58,642 bases of DNA from Candidatus Magasanikiibacteriota bacterium (GCA_012800155.1 JAAZJX010000069.1:1-58642); one strand, 5' to 3'; counted from the stretch's first letter, positions 29,339-42,670 are shown. Notes: generated by a model from the letters alone, not told the origin. Translations and numbers: made by a program.

Positions 29339-29470
29339 TTATTGTTCATCTAAATCATCTTTTTCTTCATCATCTTCATTTTCATAACAAACACAACAAT
29401 CAGCACAACCTCCACATTTTGGACAAATTTCATCTTCTAATAATACTGCGTCACAATATGGACAAAACAT
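29339..29470 (-). CDS. Mirror copy: 43-aa Cys-rich microprotein
   Basis: Reverse complement of 29173-29304. Confidence 0.7.
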   Translation of the reverse strand: MFCPYCDAVLLEDEICPKCGGCADCCVCYENEDDEEKDDLDEQ

Positions 29471-29702
29471 ATTTATTTAATTTATAAAAAATTATTATCT
29501 AATAATTATATCAATAATCAAAAATTTTTAAATTTTAAAATTATTTAATTAATATCTATATTATCTTAAAAAATAATTTTTTAGTCAAGTATTTTTTTAA
29601 AAAATATTTTTAACAAGATATTTTTTGGCTAAATTAACTAGAAAATAAATAATAATTATACACAATAAAATAGCTTCAAAAAAATATTAATTTATTATTC
29701 TT

Positions 29703-31040
29703 TTAAATAAGATCTTTTGATTTTACAATTTTTACCCCACTTTGTTTCATAACTTCTTTTTCAAAAAGAATAGCACCTAAAACAGTAACCAAAATTACTG
29801 CTAACAAACCAGCTGCAGCAGTAACTTCATCTAAAACATGATTAGCTAAAGCTACAGCAATAAATACTAAACCAACTTCACCACGAATTGACATCGCAAG
29901 CCCAACTAATTTACCTTCTTCTTTATCTTTTAAAACATACCGTGTAAGATATTTTCCAATAAAAGCTAATAATGTTAAAATAATTGCCCAAAACCAAGCT
30001 TTTGGAGCAAGTAAAGATTCTCGTGGTAACATTGTACCAATACTTACTAAAAATCCACCTACAAAAATATGCATATAACCTTCTATTTTTTTCCAAGTTT
30101 CATCTTTAATTTCATTATCTACTTTTGACAAAACAACTCCTATACCAAAAGCTCCTAAAACTGGTTCTAAACCAATTACCCCAGCTAAAGCGCCTGTCAA
30201 CATCAAAGCACCAAAGAAAAAACGAGTTGAAGGACCAGTGATTGATTCTGAATTTCCAACATAATTTCTTTCTAAATATTTAACAATTTTATCAGCCACT
30301 CCCCAACTCCAAAGTATATAAGCTCCGCCAAAAAAAACAACCACAGCTACAAAAATCCACACAATACTCATCATTTCCAAATTACCATTTGATAATTTTG
30401 CCAATATTGTCAAAACTAAAACACCTAAAATATCATCAATTACTGCTGCGCCAATAATTTTATTACCTACATTAGTTTCCAATTTACCAGCTCTTTTTAA
30501 AGCTTCAACTGACAATCCAACAGAAGTTGCAGTAAAAACACCTCCTAAAAAAATTGCTGGCATCCAAGCCAAAGAAAAGACATAATGTCCAAGTAAAGCA
30601 ATACTAACAAGTGGAATAAAAACACCTACACAAGCAATGACAGTAGAAATAAACCAATTCTTTTTTAATAATTCCATATCAAAATGAAGACCTGCTTCAA
30701 ATAAAATAAATAAAACACCTGCTAAACGAGCTAATTCTACTCCCTCAGAATAAGGTTGTAAAACACCTAAAACAGCTGGACCAGCTACAATACCCATAAT
30801 TATTTTACCAGCCATTGGAGCAAAACCTAATAATCTTGCTAAACGACCACCCATAGAAGCATAAACAGCCAAAAATGCAATATCTATAAGCATTACCATT
30901 ACAAAACTAATTTCATGATTATCTGAAGCTTGTAAAGCATTTCTTAGATAATGCAAACCTATAGAAACAACAACTACTTGTAAAATAAGAATTATTAACG
31001 ATTTTAATTTTTTCATATATAGATTAATTAATAAAATCAT
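29703..31040 (-). CDS. Mirror copy: CPA2 antiporter
   Basis: Identical protein to 27603-28940. Confidence 0.9.
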   Translation of the reverse strand: MILLINLYMKKLKSLIILILQVVVVSIGLHYLRNALQASDNHEISFVMVMLIDIAFLAVYASMGGRLARLLGFAPMAGKIIMGIVAGPAVLGVLQPYSEGVELARLAGVLFILFEAGLHFDMELLKKNWFISTVIACVGVFIPLVSIALLGHYVFSLAWMPAIFLGGVFTATSVGLSVEALKRAGKLETNVGNKIIGAAVIDDILGVLVLTILAKLSNGNLEMMSIVWIFVAVVVFFGGAYILWSWGVADKIVKYLERNYVGNSESITGPSTRFFFGALMLTGALAGVIGLEPVLGAFGIGVVLSKVDNEIKDETWKKIEGYMHIFVGGFLVSIGTMLPRESLLAPKAWFWAIILTLLAFIGKYLTRYVLKDKEEGKLVGLAMSIRGEVGLVFIAVALANHVLDEVTAAAGLLAVILVTVLGAILFEKEVMKQSGVKIVKSKDLI

Positions 31041-31232
31041 TTAATTACATTATAATTTTAATTATAATGATTTAAGAATTTATAAATAATTAAAATAAAA
31101 AACAATCGATTATATTAATTGTTTTTTATTAAAATTAGAAAAATTTTATACTTTTCATAAACATCACAATTTATGTAATATCTAAAATAAAAAGTTTAAT
31201 ATTATGCAGATTTAAAAATAATTCAAACAAAA

Positions 31233-31667
31233 TTAATTATTCTTAATATTTATTTTTTTATATTTTTTACCAATTTTAATTCTATTCATCTCGCGATCAA
31301 TAACAGCTTGTAATTTAGCATAATCAACATTTTCCTGACTTCTAGCCTTAGCCATTTCTTCCTCAGCTCTTTTTCTGGCTTTTTCTGCTCTTTCAATATC
31401 AATCAATTCAGCGCGTTCAGCATTATCAGCTAAAATAATTACTTCATTATTAGCTTTTATTTCTACAAACCCACTAGAAACAGCAATTATTTGTTCTCCC
31501 ATCTTACTAGTTACTTTTAATTCACCTGCCTGAACAATTGATACTAAAGGAATATGATGTGGTAAAATAGTAATTTCTCCAGTAGTAGTTGGAATAGAAA
31601 TTTTAAAAACATCATTTTCATAAATAATTTTTTCTGGAGTAGCAATTTTAAAATGAATAGTATTCAT
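31233..31667 (-). CDS. atpC: Mirror copy: ATP synthase epsilon
   Basis: Identical to 26976-27410. Confidence 0.95.
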   Translation of the reverse strand: MNTIHFKIATPEKIIYENDVFKISIPTTTGEITILPHHIPLVSIVQAGELKVTSKMGEQIIAVSSGFVEIKANNEVIILADNAERAELIDIERAEKARKRAEEEMAKARSQENVDYAKLQAVIDREMNRIKIGKKYKKINIKNN

Positions 31668-31672
31668 AAATA

Positions 31673-33064
<1,392 letters not shown>

Positions 33065-33075
33065 TTATTTATAAA

Positions 33076-34047
33076 TTATTCTAAAGCAGCCGCACCACCA
33101 GCAATTTCCGCAATTTCTTGCGTAATACCAGCCTGACGAGCTTTGTTATAGATTAAATTTAATTCTCCAATCATTTCCGAAGCAGCCTCACTAGCATTTT
33201 GCATTGCCATCATACGAGCACTGTGTTCAGAAGCTGATGATTCTAAAACGGCTTGATAAATTTGAGTTTCTACTAATTTAGGCAAAATGATTTGTAAAAC
33301 TTGATCTTGGTTTGGTTCAAAAAGATAATTATCTAATTCAAATTCTGCACGCTCTTTGGTCATTTTTTTATTTTGCTTTTCTTGTTCTTGATCACCTAAA
33401 CTTAATAACATTTTTTCTAAATCAAATTCAGAAATTGGCAATACTTGTCTAAATTTTGCTACTTGATTGATAGTAGATTTAAAATCTGTATAAGCTGCTA
33501 CTACTTTATCATATTGTTTTTTTTCATAAGCTTCAATTACCATTCGACTAATCGGCAAAACATCATTTAAAGTTGGAGTATCAGAAAAATCAGAAAAAGA
33601 AGCAATTAAATTATAATTCATTTTTTTGGCAAAATCAGCACCTTTTTTACCAATTCCAATTACATCAACTATCATTTCAGAACTTGGTTCTAAAAAAGTA
33701 TTTTCTACTCTCTGTCGACCAATATTTATTGGATTATTCAGTTGTTCAGCTGTTTTTTTGATAATATTAGCATTAAAACTTCCACACAAACCACGATTAG
33801 AGGTGATCATTATTATTAATAATTTTTTTACTTGTCTAGCATCTAATAAAGGAAGTTCTTTCTTTTTAGTTTTTGATAATTTTACTAATAAATCCCAAGC
33901 TAATGTAGCATAAGTACGAGTATTTATAGCTGAATCAACTGCTTTTCTCATTTTTACAGCCGAAATCATTTGCATAGCCTTAGTAATTTTATGAGTTGAG
34001 CCAACAGATTTTATTCTTCGTTTTATCGCTTTGGTATTAACTGACAT
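33076..34047 (-). CDS. atpG: Mirror copy: ATP synthase gamma
   Basis: Identical to 24596-25567. Confidence 0.97.
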   Translation of the reverse strand: MSVNTKAIKRRIKSVGSTHKITKAMQMISAVKMRKAVDSAINTRTYATLAWDLLVKLSKTKKKELPLLDARQVKKLLIIMITSNRGLCGSFNANIIKKTAEQLNNPINIGRQRVENTFLEPSSEMIVDVIGIGKKGADFAKKMNYNLIASFSDFSDTPTLNDVLPISRMVIEAYEKKQYDKVVAAYTDFKSTINQVAKFRQVLPISEFDLEKMLLSLGDQEQEKQNKKMTKERAEFELDNYLFEPNQDQVLQIILPKLVETQIYQAVLESSASEHSARMMAMQNASEAASEMIGELNLIYNKARQAGITQEIAEIAGGAAALE

Positions 34048-34111
34048 AATAATGAATTTTCAATTTATAATTTTTAATATTGAAAATTAAATTTTATTTA
34101 ATAATTTTAAT

Positions 34112-35599
34112 TTACTTAATAAATTCTTCACAAGCAGATTTAAGTTCTGATTCAATAACTTCATCCCATTCTCCTTTAGCAATTTTATCCAATAAAATTT
34201 TTTTATTTTTATGCATAAAATCAAGAAATTGTTTTTCAGCTTCTTTAATTGCATTTACTTCAAATTTATTAAAATATTCATTACTGACAGCATAAATAAT
34301 TGCTACCTGATCTTCCACAGACATTGGAGAATATTGACCTTGTTTTAACAATTCTGTCATTCTTCTTCCTAAATCAATTTGTTTCTTTGTTTCTGGATCC
34401 AAATCTGACGATAATTGAGCAAAAGCTTCTAATTCACGAAATTGAGCCATAGCCAATTTTAATTTACCTGCTACTTTTTTCATTGGTTTAATTTGAGCAG
34501 AACCACCTACACGAGACACAGAAATACCTACATTTAAAGCTGGACGAACACCGCGATAAAACAAATCTGTTTCCAAAAAAATCTGTCCATCAGTAATAGA
34601 AATTACATTAGTTGGAATATAAGCAGTTACATCTCCAGCTTGAGTTTCAATAATTGGTAAAGCTGTAATTGAACCACCACCATTTTCTTTATTTAGACGA
34701 CAAGCGCGTTCTAGTAAGCGTGAATGTAAATAAAATACATCGCCCGGATAAGCTTCTCTTCCTGGCGGACGACGAAGTAGCAAAGAAATTTCACGATAAG
34801 CCCAAGCTTGTTTAGTTAAATCATCATAAACAATTAAAACATCTTGACCTTGATCAGCAAAATATTCAGCCATTGCTACTCCTGAATAAGGTGCAAACAT
34901 AGACATAGAAGCAGGATCAGAAGCGCCAGCAACAACAACTGTGGTATATTCCATAGCTCCAGTTTCTTCTAATTTAGCTACAATACGAGCGATTTTAGAT
35001 TCTTTTTGACCAACTGCTACATAAATACATTTCATGTTTTGACCTTTTTGATTGATAATGGTATCAATCGCAATCGCGGTTTTACCAGTTTGACGATCAC
35101 CAATAATAAGTTCGCGCTGACCACGACCAATTGGAATCATTGCATCAATAGCTTTAATACCTGTTTGTACTGGCTGATCAACTGATTGACGAGTCATAAC
35201 ACCAGGAGCAATTTTTTCTACTGGATAAAATTTATCAGTTTTAATTTCATCTTTTCCATCAATAGCTTGACCTAAAGCATTTACTACTCTACCGATCATT
35301 TGCTCTCCAACTGGAACTGACAAAATACGACCAGTTCTTTTTACTGTGTCCCCTTCTTTAATACCTTTGTAATCACCAAGAATAACCGCTCCAACAGTTT
35401 CTTCTTCTAAATTCAAAACTACTCCAAAAACTCCATTTGAAAATTCCAACATTTCTTGATATTGACTTTTGGTCAATCCAGTCATACGAGCAATACCATC
35501 GCCAACTTCTACGACTGTACCAATTTCCTCCACCTCAATAACTTTTTCAAATTGAGAAATATGTTTTTTTAATTCTTCAACTATCTGATTTGTAGACAT
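34112..35599 (-). CDS. atpA: Mirror copy: ATP synthase alpha
   Basis: Identical to 23044-24531. Confidence 0.97.
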   Translation of the reverse strand: MSTNQIVEELKKHISQFEKVIEVEEIGTVVEVGDGIARMTGLTKSQYQEMLEFSNGVFGVVLNLEEETVGAVILGDYKGIKEGDTVKRTGRILSVPVGEQMIGRVVNALGQAIDGKDEIKTDKFYPVEKIAPGVMTRQSVDQPVQTGIKAIDAMIPIGRGQRELIIGDRQTGKTAIAIDTIINQKGQNMKCIYVAVGQKESKIARIVAKLEETGAMEYTTVVVAGASDPASMSMFAPYSGVAMAEYFADQGQDVLIVYDDLTKQAWAYREISLLLRRPPGREAYPGDVFYLHSRLLERACRLNKENGGGSITALPIIETQAGDVTAYIPTNVISITDGQIFLETDLFYRGVRPALNVGISVSRVGGSAQIKPMKKVAGKLKLAMAQFRELEAFAQLSSDLDPETKKQIDLGRRMTELLKQGQYSPMSVEDQVAIIYAVSNEYFNKFEVNAIKEAEKQFLDFMHKNKKILLDKIAKGEWDEVIESELKSACEEFIK

Positions 35600-35623
35600 A
35601 TGTTTATAAAATTTGATTATTAA

Positions 35624-36004
35624 TTATAATGCATTTTTTAATTGTTTTAATTGAGTTTTAATAGTTGCATCCAAAATCTTGTCTTCTAGCTTAATACTCA
35701 CTCCACCTAAAATATTTTTATCAATAATTTGTTGTTCATTAACTTTATCTCCAAAAACTTGTTTTATCTTGTCAATAGTTTCTTGATCTAATTTATGAGC
35801 AGAAGTAATTTCTATTTCTTTCACACCTTCTTGTTTTTTTGCATATTTTATATATTCTTCTATAATCCTCTCCGCTTGCTTTAATTTATGAGAACGAACT
35901 AATAATTTTGCAAAATTAAATAAAACTCTTTCTAAATCTTTATCTTTTAAACTTTTAGTAACCTTATACAAAGCTTCAGCAAATTGTTTATTGCTTTTTT
36001 TCAT
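35624..36004 (-). CDS. atpH: Mirror copy: ATP synthase delta
   Basis: Identical to 22639-23019. Confidence 0.9.
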   Translation of the reverse strand: MKKSNKQFAEALYKVTKSLKDKDLERVLFNFAKLLVRSHKLKQAERIIEEYIKYAKKQEGVKEIEITSAHKLDQETIDKIKQVFGDKVNEQQIIDKNILGGVSIKLEDKILDATIKTQLKQLKNAL

Positions 36005-36009
36005 AAAAA

Positions 36010-36606
36010 TTATTTAATATTTTTCAATGAATCTTCAATCAATTCTCGATCTTTTTTATCTGTAATTTTTTCATTCAAAACTTTTTCTACAACGGCTATA
36101 ATTAAATTTACAGTTTCATTTTTTAAACCTTGAATAGTCTCTTCTTTCTCAATTTGAATATTACGCTTAGCTTGATCAACTAATAGTTCAATTTCTTTTT
36201 TAGCTTTATTTTTCATTTCTTCACTCAATTTTTCACTATCAGCATAAGCTTTTTCAATAATTTTATTGGCTTCAACTTTGGCTTCATCAATCTTTTCTTG
36301 AAATTTTTGTTGGCTCATTGTTAAGTTTGTTTCTACTTCTTGAGCTTTATCCAAACTATCATTAATAATTTTCTTTCTATCCTCTAACTTTTTAGTTAAT
36401 GGTTTTAAAATTAAAAACCACAAAATAGCAGCTACGATAGCAAAATTCAAAAGCTGAAATACAAAAAGTTGAGCATTAATACCCAAAGAAGCTACTACTC
36501 CACTTGTTTCTTCTCCATGTCCTGTGGTTGTATAAGTTTCCGTAGCTAAAACTTCAGTTTCTGAAACTGATTCATTGCTAGCATAAACTGTGTTTATTAT
36601 ATTCAT
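36010..36606 (-). CDS. atpF: Mirror copy: ATP synthase b
   Basis: Identical to 22037-22633. Confidence 0.93.
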   Translation of the reverse strand: MNIINTVYASNESVSETEVLATETYTTTGHGEETSGVVASLGINAQLFVFQLLNFAIVAAILWFLILKPLTKKLEDRKKIINDSLDKAQEVETNLTMSQQKFQEKIDEAKVEANKIIEKAYADSEKLSEEMKNKAKKEIELLVDQAKRNIQIEKEETIQGLKNETVNLIIAVVEKVLNEKITDKKDRELIEDSLKNIK

Positions 36607-36665
36607 AATTATAAATTTTAAAATAATATCTATTCACTGGACCAAAATTGACCCAGTGTAAGAAA

Positions 36666-36959
<294 letters not shown>

Positions 36960-37037
36960 TTACCTCACCTTGAATACCTCTACTCTTCACAAGGAGTAAA
37001 GAATAAAAAATAAAATTTACTTTTTATTCTTTACTAC

Positions 37038-37868
37038 TTATTTTACCTTTACAGGTTCTTTTAAAACTTCATGAACTTCTTCATGATGTTCCTCGCCATG
37101 AGGAGCTGAACCAGCAACTGTTAAATAAACAATAGTCAGCATTGCAAATACTGAAGCTTGAATTAATCCAACTAATAATTCTAATAACATAAATGGTGTT
37201 GGAACAACAGCAGCTATCAAAGCAGAAATTACTGTAATCAAAACCTCTCCTGCAAAAATATTACCAAACAAACGAAGAGATAAAGATAAAACTTTAGCAA
37301 CTTCTGAGGCAATTTCTATAATACCAACCATAAACTCAATTAGAGCAGTAAAAATAGCAATTGGACCTTTTGGTATACTTTTGATAATATTTTTAATTTG
37401 AATAAATTTTCCAATTTGGGTAAAAAATCCAATACTAAAAAAAGCAAAAATATGTGAAGAAAGTACTGCTACTAAAGACATTGCCAAAGTTAAATTTAAA
37501 TCAGTATTAGCTGGACGAAGCAACATATTGTGACCATAAGTAATACTTCCAGTCCCTGGTAAAAGACCAATCCAATTAGAAAGTAAAATAAAAAAGAAGA
37601 CAGATCCAACTATTGGTAAAAATTTAATAGTTTTTTTTCTGTCTCCTGTAACCTGATCAAAATAACCTAATATTAAATCTAAAAAATATTCACACCAATT
37701 TTGTAATTTTCCCGGTCGAAGAGCTATTTTTCTTTTTATTAAAATACCTAATATTAAAAAAATAATTATAGCAATCCAAGCATTTATCATTGTATTGGTA
37801 ATACTAATATTTCCTATATGAAACAAGGTCTCTGGTGCTAAAGTTGGAATGTGAATTTCGCCACTCAT
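37038..37868 (-). CDS. atpB: Mirror copy: ATP synthase a
   Basis: Identical to 20775-21605. Confidence 0.95.
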   Translation of the reverse strand: MSGEIHIPTLAPETLFHIGNISITNTMINAWIAIIIFLILGILIKRKIALRPGKLQNWCEYFLDLILGYFDQVTGDRKKTIKFLPIVGSVFFFILLSNWIGLLPGTGSITYGHNMLLRPANTDLNLTLAMSLVAVLSSHIFAFFSIGFFTQIGKFIQIKNIIKSIPKGPIAIFTALIEFMVGIIEIASEVAKVLSLSLRLFGNIFAGEVLITVISALIAAVVPTPFMLLELLVGLIQASVFAMLTIVYLTVAGSAPHGEEHHEEVHEVLKEPVKVK

Positions 37869-37873
37869 AATTA

Positions 37874-38140
37874 TTATTTATTTTTTTCTTTACCTAATTC
37901 ATGATATTCTTTTCCGTAATTTTTAGCTTTTTTATAAATAAGTCTTCCAGAAACTAACGCTGCTAAAACAAAAGCTCCAATCGTAAAATATGGCTGAGTC
38001 TGATATTTTCCATCCAACCACTGACCAATAATAACAAACACTACCACAGGAATAGCAATACTCGCCCCAAAATCTCCCACTATTCTAAAACCCATCAACA
38101 TGTATTTTCTTTCTCTAGGATTAGAAGGCAATAAAGCCAT
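37874..38140 (-). CDS. Mirror copy: AtpZ/AtpI-family protein
   Basis: Identical to 20503-20769. Confidence 0.83.
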   Translation of the reverse strand: MALLPSNPRERKYMLMGFRIVGDFGASIAIPVVVFVIIGQWLDGKYQTQPYFTIGAFVLAALVSGRLIYKKAKNYGKEYHELGKEKNK

Positions 38141-38265
38141 ATTTTAAAATTTAAAAAGATATTTGATTAACGACAATATTTTAACTGATTATTAGACTTT
38201 CGTCAACTATTTTTTTATTTAGATTGTGCATAAAAATATAAAAAAGAGCTTTTTTAAGCTCTTTT

Positions 38266-39135
38266 TTAAATATTAAATAATTTTTTGGCATTATCATCTG
38301 TAATTTTAATTATTTCTTCAACACTTTTTCCTCTTATTTTAGCTATTTCTTTAACTACTTCTTCTACCATCCAAGGTTCACATTTTTTACCACGATATAA
38401 TTGAGGAGCTAGATAAGGAGCATCTGTTTCTACCACTATTTTATCCAATGGACAATTTTTTACTACTTCTAATAAATCCAAAGTTGGTTGAGGATTAGTT
38501 TTACGCGGTGGAAAAGTAATTATTCCAGTAAAACCAAGATAAAATCCTAAATCTAAAAATTTTTTAGCTTGTATCCAATTTCCAGAATAACAATGAATCA
38601 CTCCTTTTATCTTACCATATTTTTTTATAAGTTTTGCTAATAATTTTGCCATTTCATCATAAGCTTTTGGTAAATTTTTATCCGGCTCAGAATCTCTAGT
38701 ATGAACTACCAAAGTTAAATTATTTTTTTGAGCAAATTTAAATTGTTGAATAAAAACTTTTTTTTGTTTTTCTAAAATAATTTTAAAATCTATATTATTT
38801 GGTAAATGAAAAAAATCTAAACCGCATTCCCCCACTCCAATTACTTTTTTTGATTTTGCTAAATTTAAATAATATTTTTCATCAAAATCTTCTTCATGAG
38901 ACAAAAATTTTGATTCTTCTTCATCAACCTGAGTAGCAAAAAGATGCACAGGATGAAGTCCAATTGTTGCATAAATATTATTATATTTTTCTGCTATTTC
39001 TACTGCTAATCTACTAGTTTCTTTTTGTGTGCCAATCGTATTCATGATCAATCCTTTTTTTATACAACGAAGAATGACCTCATCACGGTCATCCTTATAT
39101 CCTTGAAATTGTATATGACAATGGGTATCAATCAT
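38266..39135 (-). CDS. tatD: Mirror copy: TatD hydrolase
   Basis: Identical to 19508-20377. Confidence 0.93.
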   Translation of the reverse strand: MIDTHCHIQFQGYKDDRDEVILRCIKKGLIMNTIGTQKETSRLAVEIAEKYNNIYATIGLHPVHLFATQVDEEESKFLSHEEDFDEKYYLNLAKSKKVIGVGECGLDFFHLPNNIDFKIILEKQKKVFIQQFKFAQKNNLTLVVHTRDSEPDKNLPKAYDEMAKLLAKLIKKYGKIKGVIHCYSGNWIQAKKFLDLGFYLGFTGIITFPPRKTNPQPTLDLLEVVKNCPLDKIVVETDAPYLAPQLYRGKKCEPWMVEEVVKEIAKIRGKSVEEIIKITDDNAKKLFNI

Positions 39136-39677
39136 AAATTAGAAACAACAATATCTTGAACATAATCTACAGTAGAACGAAGCATTTTTAAAGCTTCGGG
39201 CAAAAGTGGAATTAAAATTGCTGCAGAATTAACTAAAAAAGGAACAAACTTAGAAGCAGCCATCCATCCCATAAATTGATCAGATAATGGAATACGTTCT
39301 ATAAAATAAAATATTAAACCTAATGTAATCACTCCTTCAAATAAACCAATAATAATACCTAAAAATCTATTAAGTGAATTTAAAAATGGCATTTTTGTAA
39401 TAAAACTAGTTGCCTTATCTAAAATCCAAAATCCAAAACCTATCAATCTATTTACCACTACAAAAGTAATAATAAACATAAGAACTTTGGAAAAATTACT
39501 TTCCCAACCTGTAATATTTACTAACCAACTTGCCATTGGTTCATAATATCTGCTAGCCACATAAGCTCCAATAATTGTTCCAACCAAAGATCCAATAGTA
39601 TGAACTAAACCAAACCAAAAACCAAACATTGCAAACCCACTAATAATTATGAGAAGAATGATATCAAATAAAGACAT
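39132..39677 (-). CDS. cvpA: Mirror copy: CvpA family protein
   Basis: Identical to 18966-19511. Confidence 0.83.
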   Translation of the reverse strand: MSLFDIILLIIISGFAMFGFWFGLVHTIGSLVGTIIGAYVASRYYEPMASWLVNITGWESNFSKVLMFIITFVVVNRLIGFGFWILDKATSFITKMPFLNSLNRFLGIIIGLFEGVITLGLIFYFIERIPLSDQFMGWMAASKFVPFLVNSAAILIPLLPEALKMLRSTVDYVQDIVVSNL

Positions 39678-39702
39678 ATGTCTTATAATTTAAAATTTAA
39701 AA

Positions 39703-41190
39703 TTATATATTATTTTCTAATCTTGAAAATAATATTCCTCCTTTATTTATTATACCACCTTCTGACAATTTTCCCCAGTCATGAGACAATTCAGTTGTGT
39801 TTAACTGTTTCAAAATCTTTTCCGCAGTTTCAGGAATAATTGGCAATAATGCTACGGCAATCTGACGCAAACCTTCGGCTAATTGATAAAGTAAACCAGA
39901 AATATCTTCACCAGCTTTTACTTTTTCCCAAGGTTTTTGTGTAGAAATAAAACTGTCTAATTCTGCAACAAATTTATTTATTAAATTAACCACTTCTTCA
40001 AATTTATATTCACTTAAATATTTATTATATTTTATCCAAAAATTTTCTATTTCCCAATTCACATTTTCCACTTGAGGAATTTTTGATTCTGAATACTTTT
40101 CTAACATTGTTAAAATTCTACTAGTTAAATTACCTATACCATTTACAAGATGAGCAGTATAAAATTCTTCAAATCTTTGAATACTAAAATCACCGTCTTC
40201 ATAAGCTGGCATAGCGCCAAGTAAATAATAACGCACAGCATCAGTACCATATTTTTCTACAATTTTATATGGCTCTATCACATTACCTAAACTTTTACTC
40301 ATCTTTTTTCCTTCAGCAGTAATAAACCCATGAATAAAAATTTGTTTTGAATTTGGTAAACCAGCTGAGATAAGCATAGCTTGCCACATAGCTGCTTGCT
40401 GACGAAGATTATCTTTTCCCGCCACTTGTACTCCTGGCCAATTTTTTTCAAAATTATTTTTATTTTCTGGCCAACCAAGAGTTGAAATATAATTTATTAA
40501 AGCGTCAAACCAAACATACATTACTTGACTTTCATCTCCTGGAACTTCCACACCCCAAGGCATCTTATTTTTCAAACGAGAAATACTAAAATCTTCTAAA
40601 CCTCGTTCCACAAAATTTTTAATTTCTAATTGTCTATTCTGAGGTATAATAAAATTTGGATTATCTTTGTATAATTTTAATAAAGATTTTTGATATTTAG
40701 AAAATTTAAAAAAATAATTTTCTTCTTCAATTAATTCTAAAACTAAATTAGGATGAACTGGACATTTACCATCAACTAACTCAGAATCAGTTTTTTCTAA
40801 TTCACAACCTACACAATATTTAACACTATAATTTTTTTTATAAATATCACCATTTTTTTCACATAATTTCCAAAATTCTTGAGCTGCTTTTTTATGATAC
40901 TTATCAGTTGTCCGAATAAAATGAGTGTAACTTAAATTAAGCGCTTGTTTCAAAGCATCAAATTTAACAGCGTATTCATCACAATATTTTTGTGGCTCAA
41001 TTCCTAATTCCAAAGCCTTTCGATAAATTTTCAAACCATGTTCATCAGTGCCAAAATTAAATACTACATTTTTTCCTAATAAACGATGATAGCGAGCCAA
41101 AACATCTGCCTGAATAATTTCCAAAGCAAAACCAATGTGTGGTTCAGCATTTACATACGGCAAAGTAGTGGTAATATAATAGTTTTTCAT
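39703..41190 (-). CDS. metG: Mirror copy: methionine--tRNA ligase
   Basis: Identical to 17453-18940. Confidence 0.95.
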   Translation of the reverse strand: MKNYYITTTLPYVNAEPHIGFALEIIQADVLARYHRLLGKNVVFNFGTDEHGLKIYRKALELGIEPQKYCDEYAVKFDALKQALNLSYTHFIRTTDKYHKKAAQEFWKLCEKNGDIYKKNYSVKYCVGCELEKTDSELVDGKCPVHPNLVLELIEEENYFFKFSKYQKSLLKLYKDNPNFIIPQNRQLEIKNFVERGLEDFSISRLKNKMPWGVEVPGDESQVMYVWFDALINYISTLGWPENKNNFEKNWPGVQVAGKDNLRQQAAMWQAMLISAGLPNSKQIFIHGFITAEGKKMSKSLGNVIEPYKIVEKYGTDAVRYYLLGAMPAYEDGDFSIQRFEEFYTAHLVNGIGNLTSRILTMLEKYSESKIPQVENVNWEIENFWIKYNKYLSEYKFEEVVNLINKFVAELDSFISTQKPWEKVKAGEDISGLLYQLAEGLRQIAVALLPIIPETAEKILKQLNTTELSHDWGKLSEGGIINKGGILFSRLENNI

Positions 41191-41338
41191 AATTAACTAA
41201 TAAATCTATTTAATTTCTCTTTTAGTGAAACTATTTATCATTTTGTAAATTTCTCATATAAACAAATAATTTTTTCCAAGTATTCAAATCATAAAAAATT
41301 TATCATATTAAAAATTAGTAATTATTAGTTACTAATTA

Positions 41339-42067
41339 TCACTTACTAACAACCACTACAAACTCACCTTTTTCACTAATATTCATTTTTAAAATTTCTT
41401 GAATTGTGCCACGATAAATTGTTTCAAATTTCTTAGTCAACTCTCTGCCAATACAAAGTTGTTGTTTTTCATTCAAAACTTTTACTAATTCTAATAAACA
41501 TTTTTTTATTCTATGACTAGATTCATAAAAAACTATTGTATATTTACTTTCAGCTATTTCTTTAAAAAATGCTTGTCGTCCTTTTTTGTGTGGAGGAAAA
41601 CCAAGAAACAAAAACTTATCTGCGGGAAATCCTGAAATACTCAAAGCTGTAATAACTGCCGAAGGACCTGGAATTGGTATTATATTATCAGACTGAACAA
41701 TCATTGATGAATCTTTTTTGTTAACGAAATATTTTGAATTTTCTACTTGAACTTCATCCAAAATCATGTCAATCAATTTATTTCCCGGATCACTAATTCC
41801 CGGTGTACCAGCATCAGTTACTAAAGCTAAATTTTTACCACTTACTAATAATTTTTTAATTTCTAATAATTTTTTAATTTCACTATGTTGATGATAAGAA
41901 ATTGTCTTAGTTTTTATTTCAAAATAATTCAAAAGTTTTTGAGTATTTCTAGTATCTTCACATAAAATAAAATCTACTTTTTTTAAAGTTTCTAAAGCGC
42001 GTAAAGTAATATCACCAAGATTGCCAATTGGTGTAGCTACTATATATAATTTACCTTTTTCATTCAT
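41339..42067 (-). CDS. rsmI: Mirror copy: RsmI
   Basis: Identical to 16576-17304. Confidence 0.95.
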   Translation of the reverse strand: MNEKGKLYIVATPIGNLGDITLRALETLKKVDFILCEDTRNTQKLLNYFEIKTKTISYHQHSEIKKLLEIKKLLVSGKNLALVTDAGTPGISDPGNKLIDMILDEVQVENSKYFVNKKDSSMIVQSDNIIPIPGPSAVITALSISGFPADKFLFLGFPPHKKGRQAFFKEIAESKYTIVFYESSHRIKKCLLELVKVLNEKQQLCIGRELTKKFETIYRGTIQEILKMNISEKGEFVVVVSK

Positions 42068-42166
42068 AATAAATAAATCTTATCAAAAATAAGAGAAAAA
42101 AGCAATTTCTTGCTTTTTTCTCAAAATATGATATACTAAAAAAGTATTTTACAGGAGGATAAATAC

Positions 42167-42352
42167 ATGAGAAGATATTGGTCTAAGCTCACATTGAGCC
42201 AAGTTAAAAAAGGAATACCGTCTTATCCAAATGACGGTAACCAAAAAAATTCAACAAGGGATCCAAAAATTTGTCCCCGCCTACCTAATGAAGTAGATTT
42301 TCTTACTGAAAATTTTCTTCGTTCAACCGATCCTTTCCGCAATCTGCTATAA
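42167..42352 (+). CDS. Mirror copy: putative 61-aa small protein
   Basis: Identical to 16291-16476. Confidence 0.45.
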   Translation: MRRYWSKLTLSQVKKGIPSYPNDGNQKNSTRDPKICPRLPNEVDFLTENFLRSTDPFRNLL

Positions 42353-42430
42353 GACCAATCAAATTCTTTTCTTTGTCAACATTTCTGTTGACAACCCCCA
42401 AAAATAAACCCGCCATTTTGGCGGGATTTT

Positions 42431-42619
42431 TTATTCTTTTTCAATTACTCCTACTGGACAACTATCTATTAAATCTTGAATCTTATCTTCTTCTAATTCT
42501 AAACTAGAATCAATTATCTCTGCTTTATTTTCTTCATTCATTTTTATATTTTCTTCCCAAATATAACTACAACTTCCACAACCAACACACTTTTCTTGAT
42601 CAATTTTAATTTTTGACAT
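42431..42619 (-). CDS. Mirror copy: ferredoxin
   Basis: Identical to 16024-16212. Confidence 0.88.
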   Translation of the reverse strand: MSKIKIDQEKCVGCGSCSYIWEENIKMNEENKAEIIDSSLELEEDKIQDLIDSCPVGVIEKE

Positions 42620-42670
42620 ATTTTTTATTTAAAAAATTAAATATTATTTTTAAAATTATTTTTAAAATTT

